Positions 10,901 to 30,466 of a DNA stretch of 64,000 nucleotides are shown here, piece after piece (within the stretch, counting starts at the first letter, position 1; every line of letters starts with the position of its first letter). The stretch is from the NCBI GenBank assembly GCA_051362555.1, contig CM120648.1, positions 17,728,587-17,792,586 of the forward strand. The letters are read 5' to 3'. Source of the stretch: Lingula anatina. Lineage: Eukaryota > Animalia > Brachiopoda. The notes beneath the pieces are model-generated. The model made no database searches and was not told where the DNA came from. It saw nothing but the letters and a program-made list of their open reading frames with translations. The translations under genes were made by a program, and so were the position numbers.

Positions 10901-13030
10901 ACTGGCAATCTAAATGTGACCTTGAAATTGACCTTTGACCTACTTTTCACTATGAACTGAATTTTGCAAATTTCTTTCTCTTTTATCTCCAAACCTGGCA
11001 GAGATAGGTCCATAGTTACCATTAAAGTTGAATAGGAAGTCATATACTGGCAATTTACTGTGACCTTGAAATTGACCTTTGACCTACCTTACGATGAACT
11101 TAACTTTGATTGTACCATTTTAAGTTATATATATTTTTTGCATATTTTGAAAATTCTTGTTGATTTTATTTTTACAGCTTGTCAAGCATAAGACTGGTGG
11201 CTGTGTCCCTTCTTTTGTGTATGTGGGGGTCTATACCAATGCGCTTGCTCCAGCTGGTGGTACAATATTCGGAGGCGGTATCGCCTCTCTGATCCTCTAG
11301 TTTATTGCTGCTGCTGTGTAAAAGACGCGAGTTCACAAGGTTTTCAGGAAAAGTTAAGAAAATATCTGATTTTGATTGAGTTTTTAATAATTTTTGTCAC
11401 CAAAATGGTGATATTTTTTAAGAAAACTGTACGGATAAGTCATTTAGGTATTTGAAATCCTAGTGCTATCCTAGGCTGCGCCTTAAATGAGTGAAATATC
11501 ATGTTGGTTGCAAATAATAATAATAATAAAGGAAACAACTAAAGATGAACGGTACTTTAACCCATGTTTTATTTGTTTATATTTTAGGGTTGGTACATAG
11601 TTACATATGCACTGGGCATTTATTTGCTGAATTTATTCATAGCATTCCTCACACCCAAGATGGACCCTGTGATGCAAGAAGACATAGGTAGGGCTGTCTT
11701 GAATTGAGTCACCACCTACAGTGTAAATATGAGAAAACTGTAAAGAGTGTTGATGGTGATGATGCTACTGCGTAATTTTTGTTATGGATGATAAATTAGG
11801 CGATGTTATTTTAAGAAAGTTAAACAAAACATTTAAATTGTGCAATGTAAATTATATTAAAGAGCTGGCCAAAAAATTCCACTTAATTATTTTTATCACT
11901 TTATTAATTTTCTTTTTTTTTTTTCAGATGCAGAGGATGGACCATCGTTACCCACCAGAGCAAGTGAGGAGTTTAGACCATTTATACGAAGACTGCCAGA
12001 ATTTAAATTTTGGTAGGTTTTTATCTGTTATGTCTTTCTTGATATTATTGTTTGACTCTATATCACCTTGCTGGGGTAGCGCTAACACTCGCCAATTTAG
12101 CCAAATGCTAAAACTGACTGAAATTGGCTAAACAAAAAGGGCTTGATTTGACTTATTTTAGTCAAATTTAAACCATTTGGACATAAAAGTGATGAAAAGT
12201 AGTATTTTGGCTTAATGGAAAAATTGCTAGCTCCACCCCAGCCTTGCCTTTGTTCTTCTCTGTTTTTTCCTTTTCTTCCTTTCAATTTTTTCTTTCTCTC
12301 TCTTTCAGTTCTGTCAACACCGTCAATTAATTTCTTGTAATATTATTTCATCCTCTCATCCAAGTGTTTCACTGTCATTAGAAAACTGCTTTGACTGTTT
12401 TGTTTGTTCGTTCTTCGAGTATTAAAAAGAAATCAAACAATCTATGAACCAGTAATCATGTGATGGTTTTGTTTCAGGCATTCTGCAACAAAAGCTTTTT
12501 TGATAGCCATGTTTTGTACGTTCTTCGATGCACTGAATATCCCTGTATTCTGGCCTATACTTGTCATGTATTTCATCATCCTCTTCACAATTACCATGAA
12601 AAGACAAATAAAGGTAAGTCATTCACCGCTTCCAGTCAATACTGTATGACGTTTCTTAATTGCCTAGCTCTGTAAACTATAGAAAAGTAATTTTTTGATG
12701 CTTTAGTACTTTGTTATTTAAAATTGAGGTTGGTTTTTGCCAAATAATTAGATAATGAGGTATGGATTTTGTTTTTGTTTTTCTTTTTTTTTTTTTTTTT
12801 TTTTTGGTAATTAGATCTTTGGATATAGAATTAAGCCCTGCCTATTTTCAGATTACTTGTGATTTGAAAGAGACTGCATCTCTTTGACTCGTTGTTTAAA
12901 TATTATTTTATAATTAATAGCTTTATTCTTTGGCTCCTTTCAGCACATGATCAAGTATAGATACCTGCCGTTCACCCACGGAAAGACAGTCTACAAAGGC
13001 AAAGATGACAGCGGAAAAGTGGTTAGTTAG
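7972..13030 (+). CDS. RER1: Protein RER1, Golgi-to-ER retrieval receptor (193 aa)
   Basis: Exons 7972-8040, 8459-8563, 11588-11687, 11928-12012, 12478-12613, 12944-13030, all GT-AG. Hallmark motifs [70 protein letters not shown]. Confidence 0.97.
8663..11300 (+). mobile_element. Non-autonomous Helentron/HINE-like element in RER1 intron 2 with internal satellite
   Basis: 5' subterminal IR TATTGTACCACCAGC (8663-8677) with local hairpin and GTCC microsatellite. Its exact reverse complement GCTGGTGGTACAATA is at 11253-11267, followed by hairpin GAGGCG-GTAT-CGCCTC and terminal CTAG (11297-11300) in a T-rich site. Confidence 0.8.
9640..11110. repeat. ~145-bp tandem satellite inside the Helentron-like element
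   Basis: GTCATATACTGGCAAT..GACCTTGAAATTGACCTTTGACC recurs at 9645, 9791, 9936, 10081 etc.; interrupted by a second copy (10233-10500) of the 9382-9650 block. Confidence 0.92.
12070..12242. mobile_element. MITE family B (GCTGGGGT TIR, 3-bp TSD)
   Basis: GCTGGGGTAG...CCACCCCAGC flanked by CTT/CTT; inverted copy at 16169-16345. Confidence 0.75.
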
Positions 13031-13794
13031 GAATAAATCCTACAAACTTTTGACTTTTTCTCTCTCTTTTGGGATTGGTGGAATAGTTTGCTATCAGTGC
13101 ACCATCAGTGAATAGCCAGGAAGTTTGGAAAGTAACTGCTGTTTTTTATTTGGATGTCCACTGCATTTTGATGGACATTAAGCAATTAATATGACGCCAT
13201 ACTGATAGAATTAACTGGGCTCCAAATATTAAACAAACTTTTGGTGATTGCTGTATTTGCTTTTCTTTTGCTAAAGGTGAAGAAAAGAAAACGATCATCT
13301 TTTTATTCAGATATCACGGACAATGCATTAATACTAAATTGGGCTCATCATTGGCTAAATCAGACAATAAACTAAAACAGTGGAAAATGCAAAGAAAAAT
13401 GTATACCATTGTACGTGAAGCATATCAAAGGTATTGCATTCTAGACCTTGTAGCAGGAAAAACGACTATTTTCTTAAGCATTGGTGAATCCTAGATCAAA
13501 TTTGACAGCATAATGACAAAAAATCTGCAAAATTAATTAAAAAGCAATGGGTTTTTATTCAGTATTGTACTAGTACTTCATATTAGAATATACGAATATA
13601 ATTATTATAGTCAGTGGCCAGCAGTTAATTGCAGCACAAATGAAAAATAAGTAAAGAAGCAGTTAAGTTGGAAGCATGGAGCAAGTGAAAATGTGCAAGA
13701 GGAAAGTTTAAAACAAGTAGGATGGTTTGAGAAAAAATAATCAGTTTTAACCTTTGACCACCCTGACTGCCTCAAGTAATTGTACAGAACTAAG

Positions 13795-14053
13795 GGAGCA
13801 TTCCCATCACCTTATCGTACTAGCTGGATCGATCTAACTGCTCGGGGGATTTTCGCTAAATTGCATTCAATTTAAGCAGTTTAAATGCCTGGAATGCCCC
13901 TTCTTAACTTAAAGTTCATGCTGTTGTTCATGTTGCTTTGCGAAGGGGCATGCCAGATAATTAAGTTGATTACATTGTGTGCATCTTAGAGAGAACAACT
14001 GCTGCTATAGATTGATCCTGTTAGTACAATAAGGTTATGGGAACACAGTCTAA
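13795..14053. mobile_element. Foldback MITE family A, diverged copy
   Basis: GGGAGCATTCCCAT..GATCGATCTA..CGCTAAATTGC ... TAGATTGATC..ATGGGAAC. Confidence 0.55.
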
Positions 14054-14283
14054 GGATAATGTACACAGACATCGAAGGGTTAAATATAAATACATATATT
14101 TTTGCTCCATATTTTATGGAAATATGCATGTAGAATGCAAGGAATATTTTATCATTACATTATGATTTATTGTGTAAGATGTAAGCAGCTGATGATGCGT
14201 TTGTCTTTCTGCTTGGAAATGTTCCCATGTCAATATGTATAATATCATTCATGTAGGACATTGGCAATGTTTTTATTATTATC

Positions 14284-14321
<38 letters not shown>

Positions 14322-15595
14322 GAAATATTCTGTTTCATGATTATTTGTTTCTATTCATTTATTTATCATTTTTGTCACGGGAATATAATTTTAAAAATTT
14401 GTTAGGTCATGTGTTTATTATGCCTCATAGTGTTCAGTTAAGTTTTCATCTGACGGTAACTTTTTTTTTTTTTTTTTTAAGAAAACATTTTTTACTTTTC
14501 TTGCTATAAAAAATATTTTCATGGCATCAGACAAAACTTGGAAGTGTAGGACCCTCTTTGTTAAATAGATTTAAACCAGTCATTAAAACCACATGTATTT
14601 CTGGAAATTGTAAACAAATACAGAAAAACATGAAGAGATGGCACAGTGAGAAACTAACAGATCCTCAAGACTTACTGCAAGTTTTGATGGTTTATTATCT
14701 ATTTAATCATTTGTTTAAAGCCCTCAAGTGTAACGAAGGCAAAGAAAATATTACAGAATTTGTTCAGGATGTAGTAATTGTTAATATGGCAAGAACCTGG
14801 TTTTTAGAAGGTGATAAGTAGAAGTAAAAACCCATTGCTAGTTAGCATCGTAATGTTTTGTTCTCATACTGGCATAGATAGCTAGAAATAACCATTTATG
14901 TTTCTAAAATACATAAAAAAAATTTACAACCGTATTGTTGTTTTTATTGGCTTGTACTTAATGTTACATTTTCAAATGGTGGTGGATGTTGTTGGTATTG
15001 AAGTCAACATTTGTGAAAATATTATAATCATTGGAAAACATTGTACGTTTTTTTTTCCTAAAATATATTGTTAAATTTACTTGAGTGTATTTGAATTAAG
15101 TAAATTTTTTTCTGCAAAAGTCACTTTCACTTTCCTTAAATAAGTGTTTTTTTTTTTATTTTTCAATACATCCGTATTACCTGATGTACATTTTTATCCA
15201 CCCATGGCTCATTTCATTAAAAGTTGGTACTTTTCATACTTTGACACTCTGCACCTCAGAATTTAAAAAAATATGGTCTGACTGCTTTATGGTAAAATAA
15301 AAAGATCTGTACATCTGGGCAAGGACTAAACTGGTCATATTAAATACATGTGAGCAGCATATTCACAATCAAAAACAATTTAAGTAGCAGTAGCTTGTAA
15401 TTATATACAGTATAGGGTAACATGAGATGAATTGCGATTCTAAATGCTGCAGCATTAAAAAGATTCTCCCTCTTTATAAAAGCTAAAAGTGGAGTCCCCT
15501 TTTACCTGCTTCTCCATGAAATAATCCAGAAAGAGACTTTTTTTAATGAACATATATTACTTAATAAATATCTAACAAAAGAAAAGTAAAACAAA

Positions 15596-15779
15596 GAGCA
15601 ATTTTAGAACAGGAGACTAACAGATCCACCATCTAATATAGCAACCTACTAAATAGCTTGTCGCTTAATTCAAGCTTAGCCACTTAATAGCTTCCGCTGG
15701 GATTACGCAACTATCACTTAAGTGGGTCGGCCATATTTGATGGAGTCTGCTCTGTTAGTTCACTGTTCTGAATGCACTC
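15596..15779. mobile_element. Foldback MITE family C (related copies ~22597-22790, ~29930-30040)
   Basis: Imperfect TIR AGAACAGGAGACTAACAGA / TCTGTTAGTTCACTGTTCT; internal AAATATGGC/GCCATATTT shared among copies. Confidence 0.5.
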
Positions 15780-16168
15780 AAATTTATACATTTGAATTGG
15801 ATTTTCGGCAAATGTTGCCTTGACTCCCCCCCCCCTCCCCCCCCCCCAAAAAAAAATGGAGCAGTTTCATCATCTTCAAATTTCCACATATGCCTGGTTT
15901 TGTATAGAAATGCTTATTGAAATGGGGTATTGAAAATAAAAGCCGGCATTTATCAGATCAAAAATTTAATGTTTTACAAGGAGTAAGTAATTTGATTCTA
16001 AGATTTTAAAGTTTTGGGCATATGTGGTAGATCGGGGTTATTAAAGGAAAAGTGTTAAAATGTAGTGTAGTTTATAGTTTTGCTACTAATGACCTAAAGC
16101 TTTCTGTATGCCGTATGGTGTAATTTATGAGTTGGTGATTATGCTTACCTTGAAGTTAATAACCCTTT

Positions 16169-16345
16169 GCTGGGGTAGCGCTAGCAATTTTTTTTTCGCT
16201 TAGCCAAATCACCACTTTTTTGTCCATTTGTTATCAAAATGGATATAATTTGATTAAAACAAGTCAAATCAAGCCCTTTTTGTTTTGCCAATTTAAGTCA
16301 CTTTTAGCATTTGGTTAAATTGGCAAGTGTTTTCACTACCCCAGC
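16169..16345. mobile_element. MITE family B, second copy
   Basis: GCTGGGGTAG...CTACCCCAGC flanked by TTT/TTT; reverse orientation relative to 12070-12242. Confidence 0.75.
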
Positions 16346-19300
16346 TTTGTACTTGGACATGCGGGCATGCATAGTGGATATGAAAGTTTTCTTTTCATTA
16401 ATAATATATCATTAAGTAATTTTCATAACTTTCTGCTGACAATGATGGTGTACTGTCATTTTAGTTACTTTAAAGTTGATTTTGTGAGTCATTTACAGTT
16501 ACATAGTTTCAGTGTTATGAAAATGTATTTATTTCATATTCAGGAGTAAAAACTATTTTACAACCAATTCCTGCTTCATGTCTTTTTTTTTTTTTTTTTT
16601 TTTTTTTGTCATTTTCACTAGTCTAAATCTTTTCTTGCTTGAAAAGTCAATACAGATATTTATTTGTGATTTGCCCTCGTTTTGTATTTTCATCAGTATT
16701 TGAGCAAAATTTTTTGGATAACCTCTAGCTTTCTCTTTGTGGATTTTTTTTTTTACTTGAGACCAACCATTATGGGACGAAATGACCAAATGCTGGTCTC
16801 AGCCTTTTATTCAAAAGTTAAAAAAAAAAAAAAGCTGTTTATGTCAGGGATAAAAGTCTAGTAGTTCAAACTCCTGCCCTGCTCAACTTTATCATAGTTC
16901 AGCCAATGTATTTCATGATAACTTGTGGATGAAAGGTTTATGAAAAATGCCAATAAAAATCTATTGGAATGTGGAAATTCTAAGGAATACATTGTTAAAC
17001 GAGGGAATAGTGTTTGAAAAACGCTTTATTTTATTATAAGACCAGATAATTCAATCTCTCTCTCGTGACTTTATTCCCACACACTAAGTATGCAGTCACA
17101 TGCACTAATGGAAGTCTCTGTCAAAAAAATATGATAATAATATTAAAATAATACTGTAATATTTCTTGCAACTAAACATGGATGGGTTTAAGATGCGATA
17201 TGCATCCACATTTGCTGTCATTTTGCAAATGAGACACAATTTTTCATGTATTTCTTTGCTGAGCTGACAACACTGTTGGATCATCTCCACATTTAGCTAT
17301 TCTTATAATAAATAACATTATATAAGAGTTTTAATTCATGAGTAGACTTCACAGCGCATATGTTTCTTATTTCAGATAACAGCCATGCCACAAGAAATGT
17401 AGCTAGGGCAACATTTAGCATTACGTACATCGCCATCTGGTGACTGGGACTGCAATTAATGAACACACAATGGCTGCATTTGCCAATTAAAAAAGAAAAC
17501 CAAAAAAAAAAAAAAAAAAAGAACAGAAAAAAACTTGACAGGAAGCAAGATGATACAGCTGGTTCGGTGCTAATTACAGTGCCATCTATTGGATCTGATT
17601 GAAGTGAATGAATACACTGTAAGCACAGGATAATTAGAGAAGAAAAGAGGAAGAAGAGAAAGAAAATCTAATGCCAAACATATTTATACAGCCGTTTTGT
17701 TTCTAATTCAATGGATCCTGGTGGATATGATGTATGTTATTGAACACACAATGACAACTCTTAATGATTTAAAAGAAAAGGGAAAAATAAACCTCTCACA
17801 AAAAACAAGTTCACACAGCTGACTGGTGATTTCAGCACCACCTGGTGGACCTGAAGAAAGTTATTATGCAATATTGAATATACTAAATGCGATAGGAGAT
17901 AGTGGTTGTTTTTAACATAGGATATGTCACGGTTAAACTTGGATATTATGCCATCCACATAAGGCCACAAGTAAAAGAATTATATTATAACTGGTTTTTT
18001 ATTCTTTTTCAATGTATCCATCTTTTTCATTGTACGTGTATGCTAGCTAGGATTGTTGTTTGGTTGTTCTGGGGGACCAGTTTCCATAGGGTCTCGAACC
18101 CTAATAAACTGTGACCAAAATTTAAAACAATGAAAGCAACCACTTGTAGTCCAAAAAGAGAAACACTGTGCCTGTTTGATAACAAGAAAAACTTGTTTAA
18201 GACCAATGATTACTATTTAAATGAACTAGTGTAGGTTTATTTTGCACTGAAGCAGGCCAAATGTCTGGCTTACTTTGGACAAATTTTGTAAAACTAGCCG
18301 CATGTTTACATATCTTGAACTGAAGCAGGCCAAATGCTTGGTCTGAAAGTTTGGATAAATTTTAGACTAAGGCTCTCTTTTGAAACTGGCCCCATCTTAT
18401 CAAGTGCAGTTCATGGGTTGTTTAGGTAACATAAAGATTTTACTTGTTAATATTGTATGACTTATTCAGTGAGAAAGGGTAAACCAGTTGAACTAGATAT
18501 TCAGAGGTCATTATCTAATCAAATGTGGCAAAGATGCAAGTCTAAATGCTATTATCACGTTGAAGGACCATTTTATATGTACCCTTGCAGTCGGCTTATG
18601 ACTGCTTAATTTACTGACATCAGTGATGTCCATTACCTTATTTAGGATAAAATGTAAGTCTTTCCTGTGAATAAAAGAGACCATTAACATATATTTACTG
18701 GCTCATTATCATAATGTTAAAATGGAGTAAAATTTGCTTATCTTCATATTTCTTTTCATAACTGACACAACTTCATTTTAATTAATTTCAACAAAGACAA
18801 AACAAATTTTACTGTTTATAAAATTATTTTACTTCAACCTCGTCAATCGCCCTTTTCTGTATACATTAGCAAATTTACATACTAGAGTAATATTTAGCAT
18901 CATTGTACAAAATTTACATATATTATTTACAATGATAAATACAAGCCACCAAATACTTGTGAAAATTCAAAAGCATGGAAACCCAACCTTCACATGAATC
19001 AAGTCAGATTCTGTAATCTACATGCACTCACTAATAAATTCTGAACCCAAGTAAGGAGCTTTCTGTTTACATGGCATTAATTCACTAATTCAGCATTTGG
19101 CATCCCCTTTAATACCATATTCATCACAAAACGTGTTTATACTCCTGGTGCTTGTTTCATAAAGAAAAAGGAAACAAATTCCACGGGACATCCTTTTTAG
19201 ATCATTTGTGTGACAAAACTTAAACAGCTAATTCCAAATTGGCTACAATTTTAGCCTAGAAACTGAATTAGTCAGTTAATTCTAAGTTGGCTTGAGTATT

Positions 19301-19359
19301 ATCCCAGAAACTGACTTAAGTCTCTTCCTGAGACAGTTCTATATGGTCCGTGTTGGACG

Positions 19360-22300
19360 TCAGTCTTCCCAAGAGCTGATATGTAAGAACAAGTCGAAGG
19401 CGTGTCCAGGGTCTGCTGTCCTCAGTTTGGGTTTGGACAGCGGCACGGACCTGGTGGAGAAACTGACACTCTCTCGCTGCAGGTCCGGGGTGAAGAAGTC
19501 CATAATGTCTGGCTCTCGAAACTGTGGGAAGATATAACATTTCAATTGAAAGAGTTGTAATCAACTGACAGTCATGTTATTTCTGTTGTAGGAGATTATA
19601 ATTGTGATTAAAAAGTTAAATTTCTTATGCAATTTTTCCTTGTTTTACCCATGTTTTCCCATGAGGTACGTAATTTTGACTCTTCAACAATGTGCCATCA
19701 TCACGTCTTGACTGACAAGAAACGTCGAAATGTTACGCCTCATAGATGAGAAACACGTTTCATCTCTAGGAAGCCATATACTAGTAAGTTTATTTCACCA
19801 TATTCAAACTTGTTAATGACTGATAAAATATTTTAACCTATGTTATCACATTTATCTTTGATTTGCTTCAAAAATTCACAAATGACTTGAACAAATGACT
19901 TGCATTTCACTCAGTTAATTTCAAAGCTTGTAAACTGACCCTAGTCCTTGCTTTTGGCATACAACACATGAAATCCGAATACTTGTTAACTGACCTTGGT
20001 CCTTGCTTTTGGCTTGGCTGCCGGTTTGACCTTGGCTGACCTCTCTACCTCCACCACCGCGGCCAGTTCATCAACTGGGACGTCCAGTCCCATCAGTTTG
20101 GTGAACTGGACGCTGTCCTTCTGCTTGTTGACCTGACCAACAGCCTGGAACAGTTATAACTCATACAGGTATATGGTGGAAATTGCATTGTGTCCAGAAA
20201 TGCATGTAACTAAAACTGCATGTAGCAGAAATGTTTCACCACAATGTGCAGTGGAATAAATGAGTATGGAGCTTAAGAATGACAGACAAAAATCTTAAGT
20301 TTCCACATAAATCTAATTACTTAAAATGATGCAAGAAGTTGTTGGACATTATTACAAATTATCTTAAAAGAAAAAAAATATTTAATGAAAATCATACACA
20401 GTACTGCACATTCCTTTTAAACTGTTAAACCATGCTCACCTTTTCTGTAACTTTAGTTTTCACTCTCTGGGATGTCTGGAGTCTGTTTTCCACTGCGGCT
20501 GCCACATCAATTGTTGATGCTTTCACTGTCTTCAGCTCTGAGGCCACCTGGAAGTTATAAACATGTTAGATACATCTCATTTCATACTGACAGATGTGAC
20601 ATGAACCTCTCTCTCTAATACAGTAAAATATCTAAGAGGCAATGTTCATGCACGTTCCAGCCAAAACCAAAGGAAATAATGTTCCACAAGATTAATACAA
20701 GATAAAGAATAATTTCATTTAAAAGGTGACGAGTTCAACAGGGTGTATAGCATTTTATGAATTTTACTAGTTAGTCAATAAGCTCACAGTTTTACTTATT
20801 TTAGAAATATCCTGACGGTGGATCCTGATGGTGAAAACCTTTCATTGGAGGCATGCATTTGCAGTAAAACTACATTTTTTTCATCATTTTACATGAATTA
20901 CACAATTGTAACTCTCTGCAATATATTTTTTGCAAAAGTTTTTATTACTGCCACAAGAGGGTCATTGAGTGACATAGGCAATAATAATAATACTAGTACC
21001 TTCAATGTGCTGTGGAATTCTGGCCTGGCATAAATGTTCTCTTCTGACCCAGACTTCTGTTGGAGCTTACCCTCTACTTTACTGGCTGGGTAATGATAGC
21101 CTCTCTTCTGATGTGTCTGGCTCCTAATGGCAGATGTAACACCTGGGGCCATTCTGTGGCTTTGTGAGGGAGGGGCAGACTGGGCCCTCTTCACATTTTG
21201 TCTGATGGCTTTTCTTGAATCAGTGTTCTCTTCAATTGCAGTGCTACCTTTAGTTTTGACACCTAAAGAAATTTTCCCAACAAAATTTTTATTGTCTTTT
21301 TTATTTCCTGGCTTAACTGTTGTTTCGCTTTTGGATTTCCCCTGCGTGGAAGGAAAAGCATCACCTTTACTTGTGTTTTCACTTATCTGGTAGCCATTTA
21401 TCTTGGTTGCAGGTTGAGTAGCCTGCGACGAATCATCCTCTTTAGTCCTATATCTGTATACTTTACTTCCACAACCCATTTCCTTCTCTCGTGTCTCTAT
21501 CAATAAGTCTTTTAAGGCATCTATTTGACTTTCTATGCTGGACTTGTCCTTGGAATGCCTTGTCACTTTAATTTGTGAGTGGAGTCCATTTTTAACATTT
21601 CCATTATTATAATGGGAGCCAGTGTCATTTTTTGTGGTATTTATAACATCAGGCTTGTTTTTGGAGTGTCCTGTTACAGAAACGCCCTCTACATCTATAC
21701 AATCTTTGGCATTCTGGACACCAGGGGTCTCTGTCCCAGGACTGTCCTGTGTGGTGGCTGAGTCTGTGCTATGACTATGAAAGCTGTCAGGAGGGGACTT
21801 CATTTGAATGACATCATCAAACCTCACCCTGTGCTGCCCCCTGGTGGTGTGATCTGGCACTAGTCTTGCCGCTACTGGAGGGCCTGGCATATAACAAGGG
21901 AAAAACATACATGCATATCAGTAACATTACATGTATGTTTGTCTGTGCAGCAAACTTATTTTCAAAACTTTTATAACTTATGCCTTAAAAATCTATCTTT
22001 AGTCAACATATGGATGGCACACTGAACTACTTTATTTTAAATGTTATCCACAATATTTTATTAAAGCAATAATAACTCTTCGTTTCGGCCAAAAAATGAA
22101 TTTTCCTAGAGTAAACAACAATTTTCCCATACTTACCAATGGTTAAAGAATCCATTTTTACATTCAAAGTTAGTCCCTGATTTTTTTCTAAAAAGTTTGG
22201 TTTTTTGTTAAAATCTCTTAAGAGATTTTAACAAAGTATAGCCAGCAATGGAAGTCACGTGGTCTAAAGACAAGCTCAGATAGCTAAATAATAGCTATAA

Positions 22301-23234
22301 CTGCTGTTTTTGTGATAAAACAGAATATATTATATTTCTATGAGTTATTCACAAGGTTTTTATTGTGAAATATAGATCTTATACGAAGAGTTATTATGGC
22401 TTTAAATGATCACCCTTATGCAACTTTTACTTTATAACACAAAAAACATTTCTCCATAGCCGACATTTTATTTTATTTCAATACTAGTAAATATTTTTTT
22501 AATGTCAATGAATTACAGACTATGGAGATGTAGCTCAACAATAAGCAAATAAAGCAATAATTTTGTAGTTTTCAGTCTCTAGTGAAAGGGACAAAACCCC
22601 ATTCAGAGCAGGGGACCAATAAGTCCGAGAGTCAAAATATGGCCAACCCACTTGAATAATTCCCCATGGAATATCTATTCAGTGTCTATTAGCGGATTAA
22701 ATGGCAAGCTTTGTTGTGGGTCGCCATATTTGATCCTCAGACTAGTTAGTCCCCAATTATGAATGGGGCCTCATAAAGCAGGGACGTTATTTTAGCCCAG
22801 TGCTCTCCCTCACCTGGTAGTTTTTCAGGTGTAATCAGAAGATCTGGATCTGGAAGTACTTTGCTAGGAAAGGCCATTCCCGTCTGTGTAGGGGAGGGTC
22901 TGTAACTTTTAGGAGTGACATCCTCATCCTCATGACCCCCTCTTCCATAAAGGTAACCCCCTTCTTTGGGTCTAGGGTCTCCATAGTCTAGTTTCTGTCT
23001 TGCTGCAGTTCCTGATCTTCTGTGCTTATTCAGTGGCATTTCTGTGCCTAGCTCAGGGGTAAATTCATAACCTGACACCCCTTGTGGATGAGAATAGAGT
23101 CTCCCTATGTTCATCATAGCATGATGGTAATAGTCATACCCAGAGATGGGTCCATGTTCTGTGGGGGGTGGTAAGGGGGGAGGGTAGGTGTGGGGTTGGG
23201 GTTGAGACTCGTGACAGTTTATATGAGCTGCCAT
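19360..23234 (-). CDS. PPP1R35: Protein phosphatase 1 regulatory subunit 35-like (~574 aa)
   Basis: Minus-strand exons 23234-22814, 21883-21000, 20547-20440, 20144-19995, 19521-19360, phase-consistent. PP1-docking RVRF motif. C-terminus (RPEFHSTLKVASEL..DVAAAVENRL..FTKLMGLDVP..PDIMDFF..AFDLFLHISSWED*) resembles the PPP1R35 C-terminal domain from memory. 5'UTR exon donor at 23823. Confidence 0.72.
19927..20013 (-). repeat. 2-copy duplication spanning a PPP1R35 splice donor (period 55)
   Basis: CTTGTAAACTGACCCTAGTCCTTGCTTTTGGC (19927) vs CTTGTTAACTGACCTTGGTCCTTGCTTTTGGC (19982, real donor at 19994). Confidence 0.85.
22065..22401. mobile_element. Non-autonomous Kolobok-like element
   Basis: TTAA|AGCAATAATAACTCTTCGT ... 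ACGAAGAGTTATTATGGCT|TTAA: TIR with AG terminus and TTAA TSD. Confidence 0.75.
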
Positions 23235-23899
23235 GTTGCTTGTTTAGTGTGACAGTAACATGATCTTCTTACATCTCCAATCTGAAATAATAAGATTTTT
23301 TTTTTTTTTAACTTTTAGATATACTGTCAGTGTGAATACATTAGTCTGAATAAAACAGATCATTAATAAATCCAAGGATGCACACATGCATTTATATCGA
23401 ATATAATGCAACTGAAGTATCAGTAAAAACTGGTAAAAACACAAATTATTGCATTTGGGAGGTGTATGCAACTATCGTAAAGTTGACAACTTACTTGAAC
23501 ATCAATATCTTTTTGTCGGATATAAACCAATTTAACCTTTTAAGGATTACAAAATTAACTATTTAGTTTGAATACATGTTCAAACTAAAGATTTAGGGAC
23601 CAAAATGTAGGAGATAAATGTTAGGGATATATATTAGTTTAACACGCTCTCTTGCGTCCTCTTCATTTGCAACCATAAGCTCTACATAGGAATGGGCACT
23701 GAAAATGTAACTCAGTATATTGACTAATTAACTGAATGGCCTTGTACTAAATAAATTATATTCTACAAATTTGTCGACATCTGAAGTTGAATTTCAGGTT
23801 AATTGAAAGATGACACAGCTTACTTTTCTATCCAGGACCTATTACTTCAGTTCAAAAGTTACCGAGATTTCAACCATGCACATATGTATCCATCTCCAC

Positions 23900-24034
23900 T
23901 TGACGTAAAACTAACATTACTGATTTTTGTCGCATCATTTACTTCAAAATCACAAAACTTTCGAATGTTGAAACTTCCGCCGAACCGGAAGTTTTTGAAA
24001 TAACGCGCATGCGTGGAAAGTTTCGTAAGTGAAC
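23900..24034. promoter_or_regulatory. Bidirectional promoter PPP1R35/SDHB
   Basis: Divergent first exons within ~200 bp. Inverted ETS pair ACTTCCG..CCGGAAGT (23973-23992), CHR-like TTTGAA (23994), NRF1-like GCGCATGCGT (24005-24014). Confidence 0.7.

Positions 24035-30466
<6,432 letters not shown>

Noticed and set aside
9698-11043. Several similar 64-82 aa minus-strand ORFs
   Set aside because: Translations of the 145-bp satellite monomers; frames shift between units.
13100-19300. Short ORFs between RER1 and PPP1R35
   Set aside because: AT-rich UTR/intergenic sequence with no coherent exon chain or recognisable protein motif.
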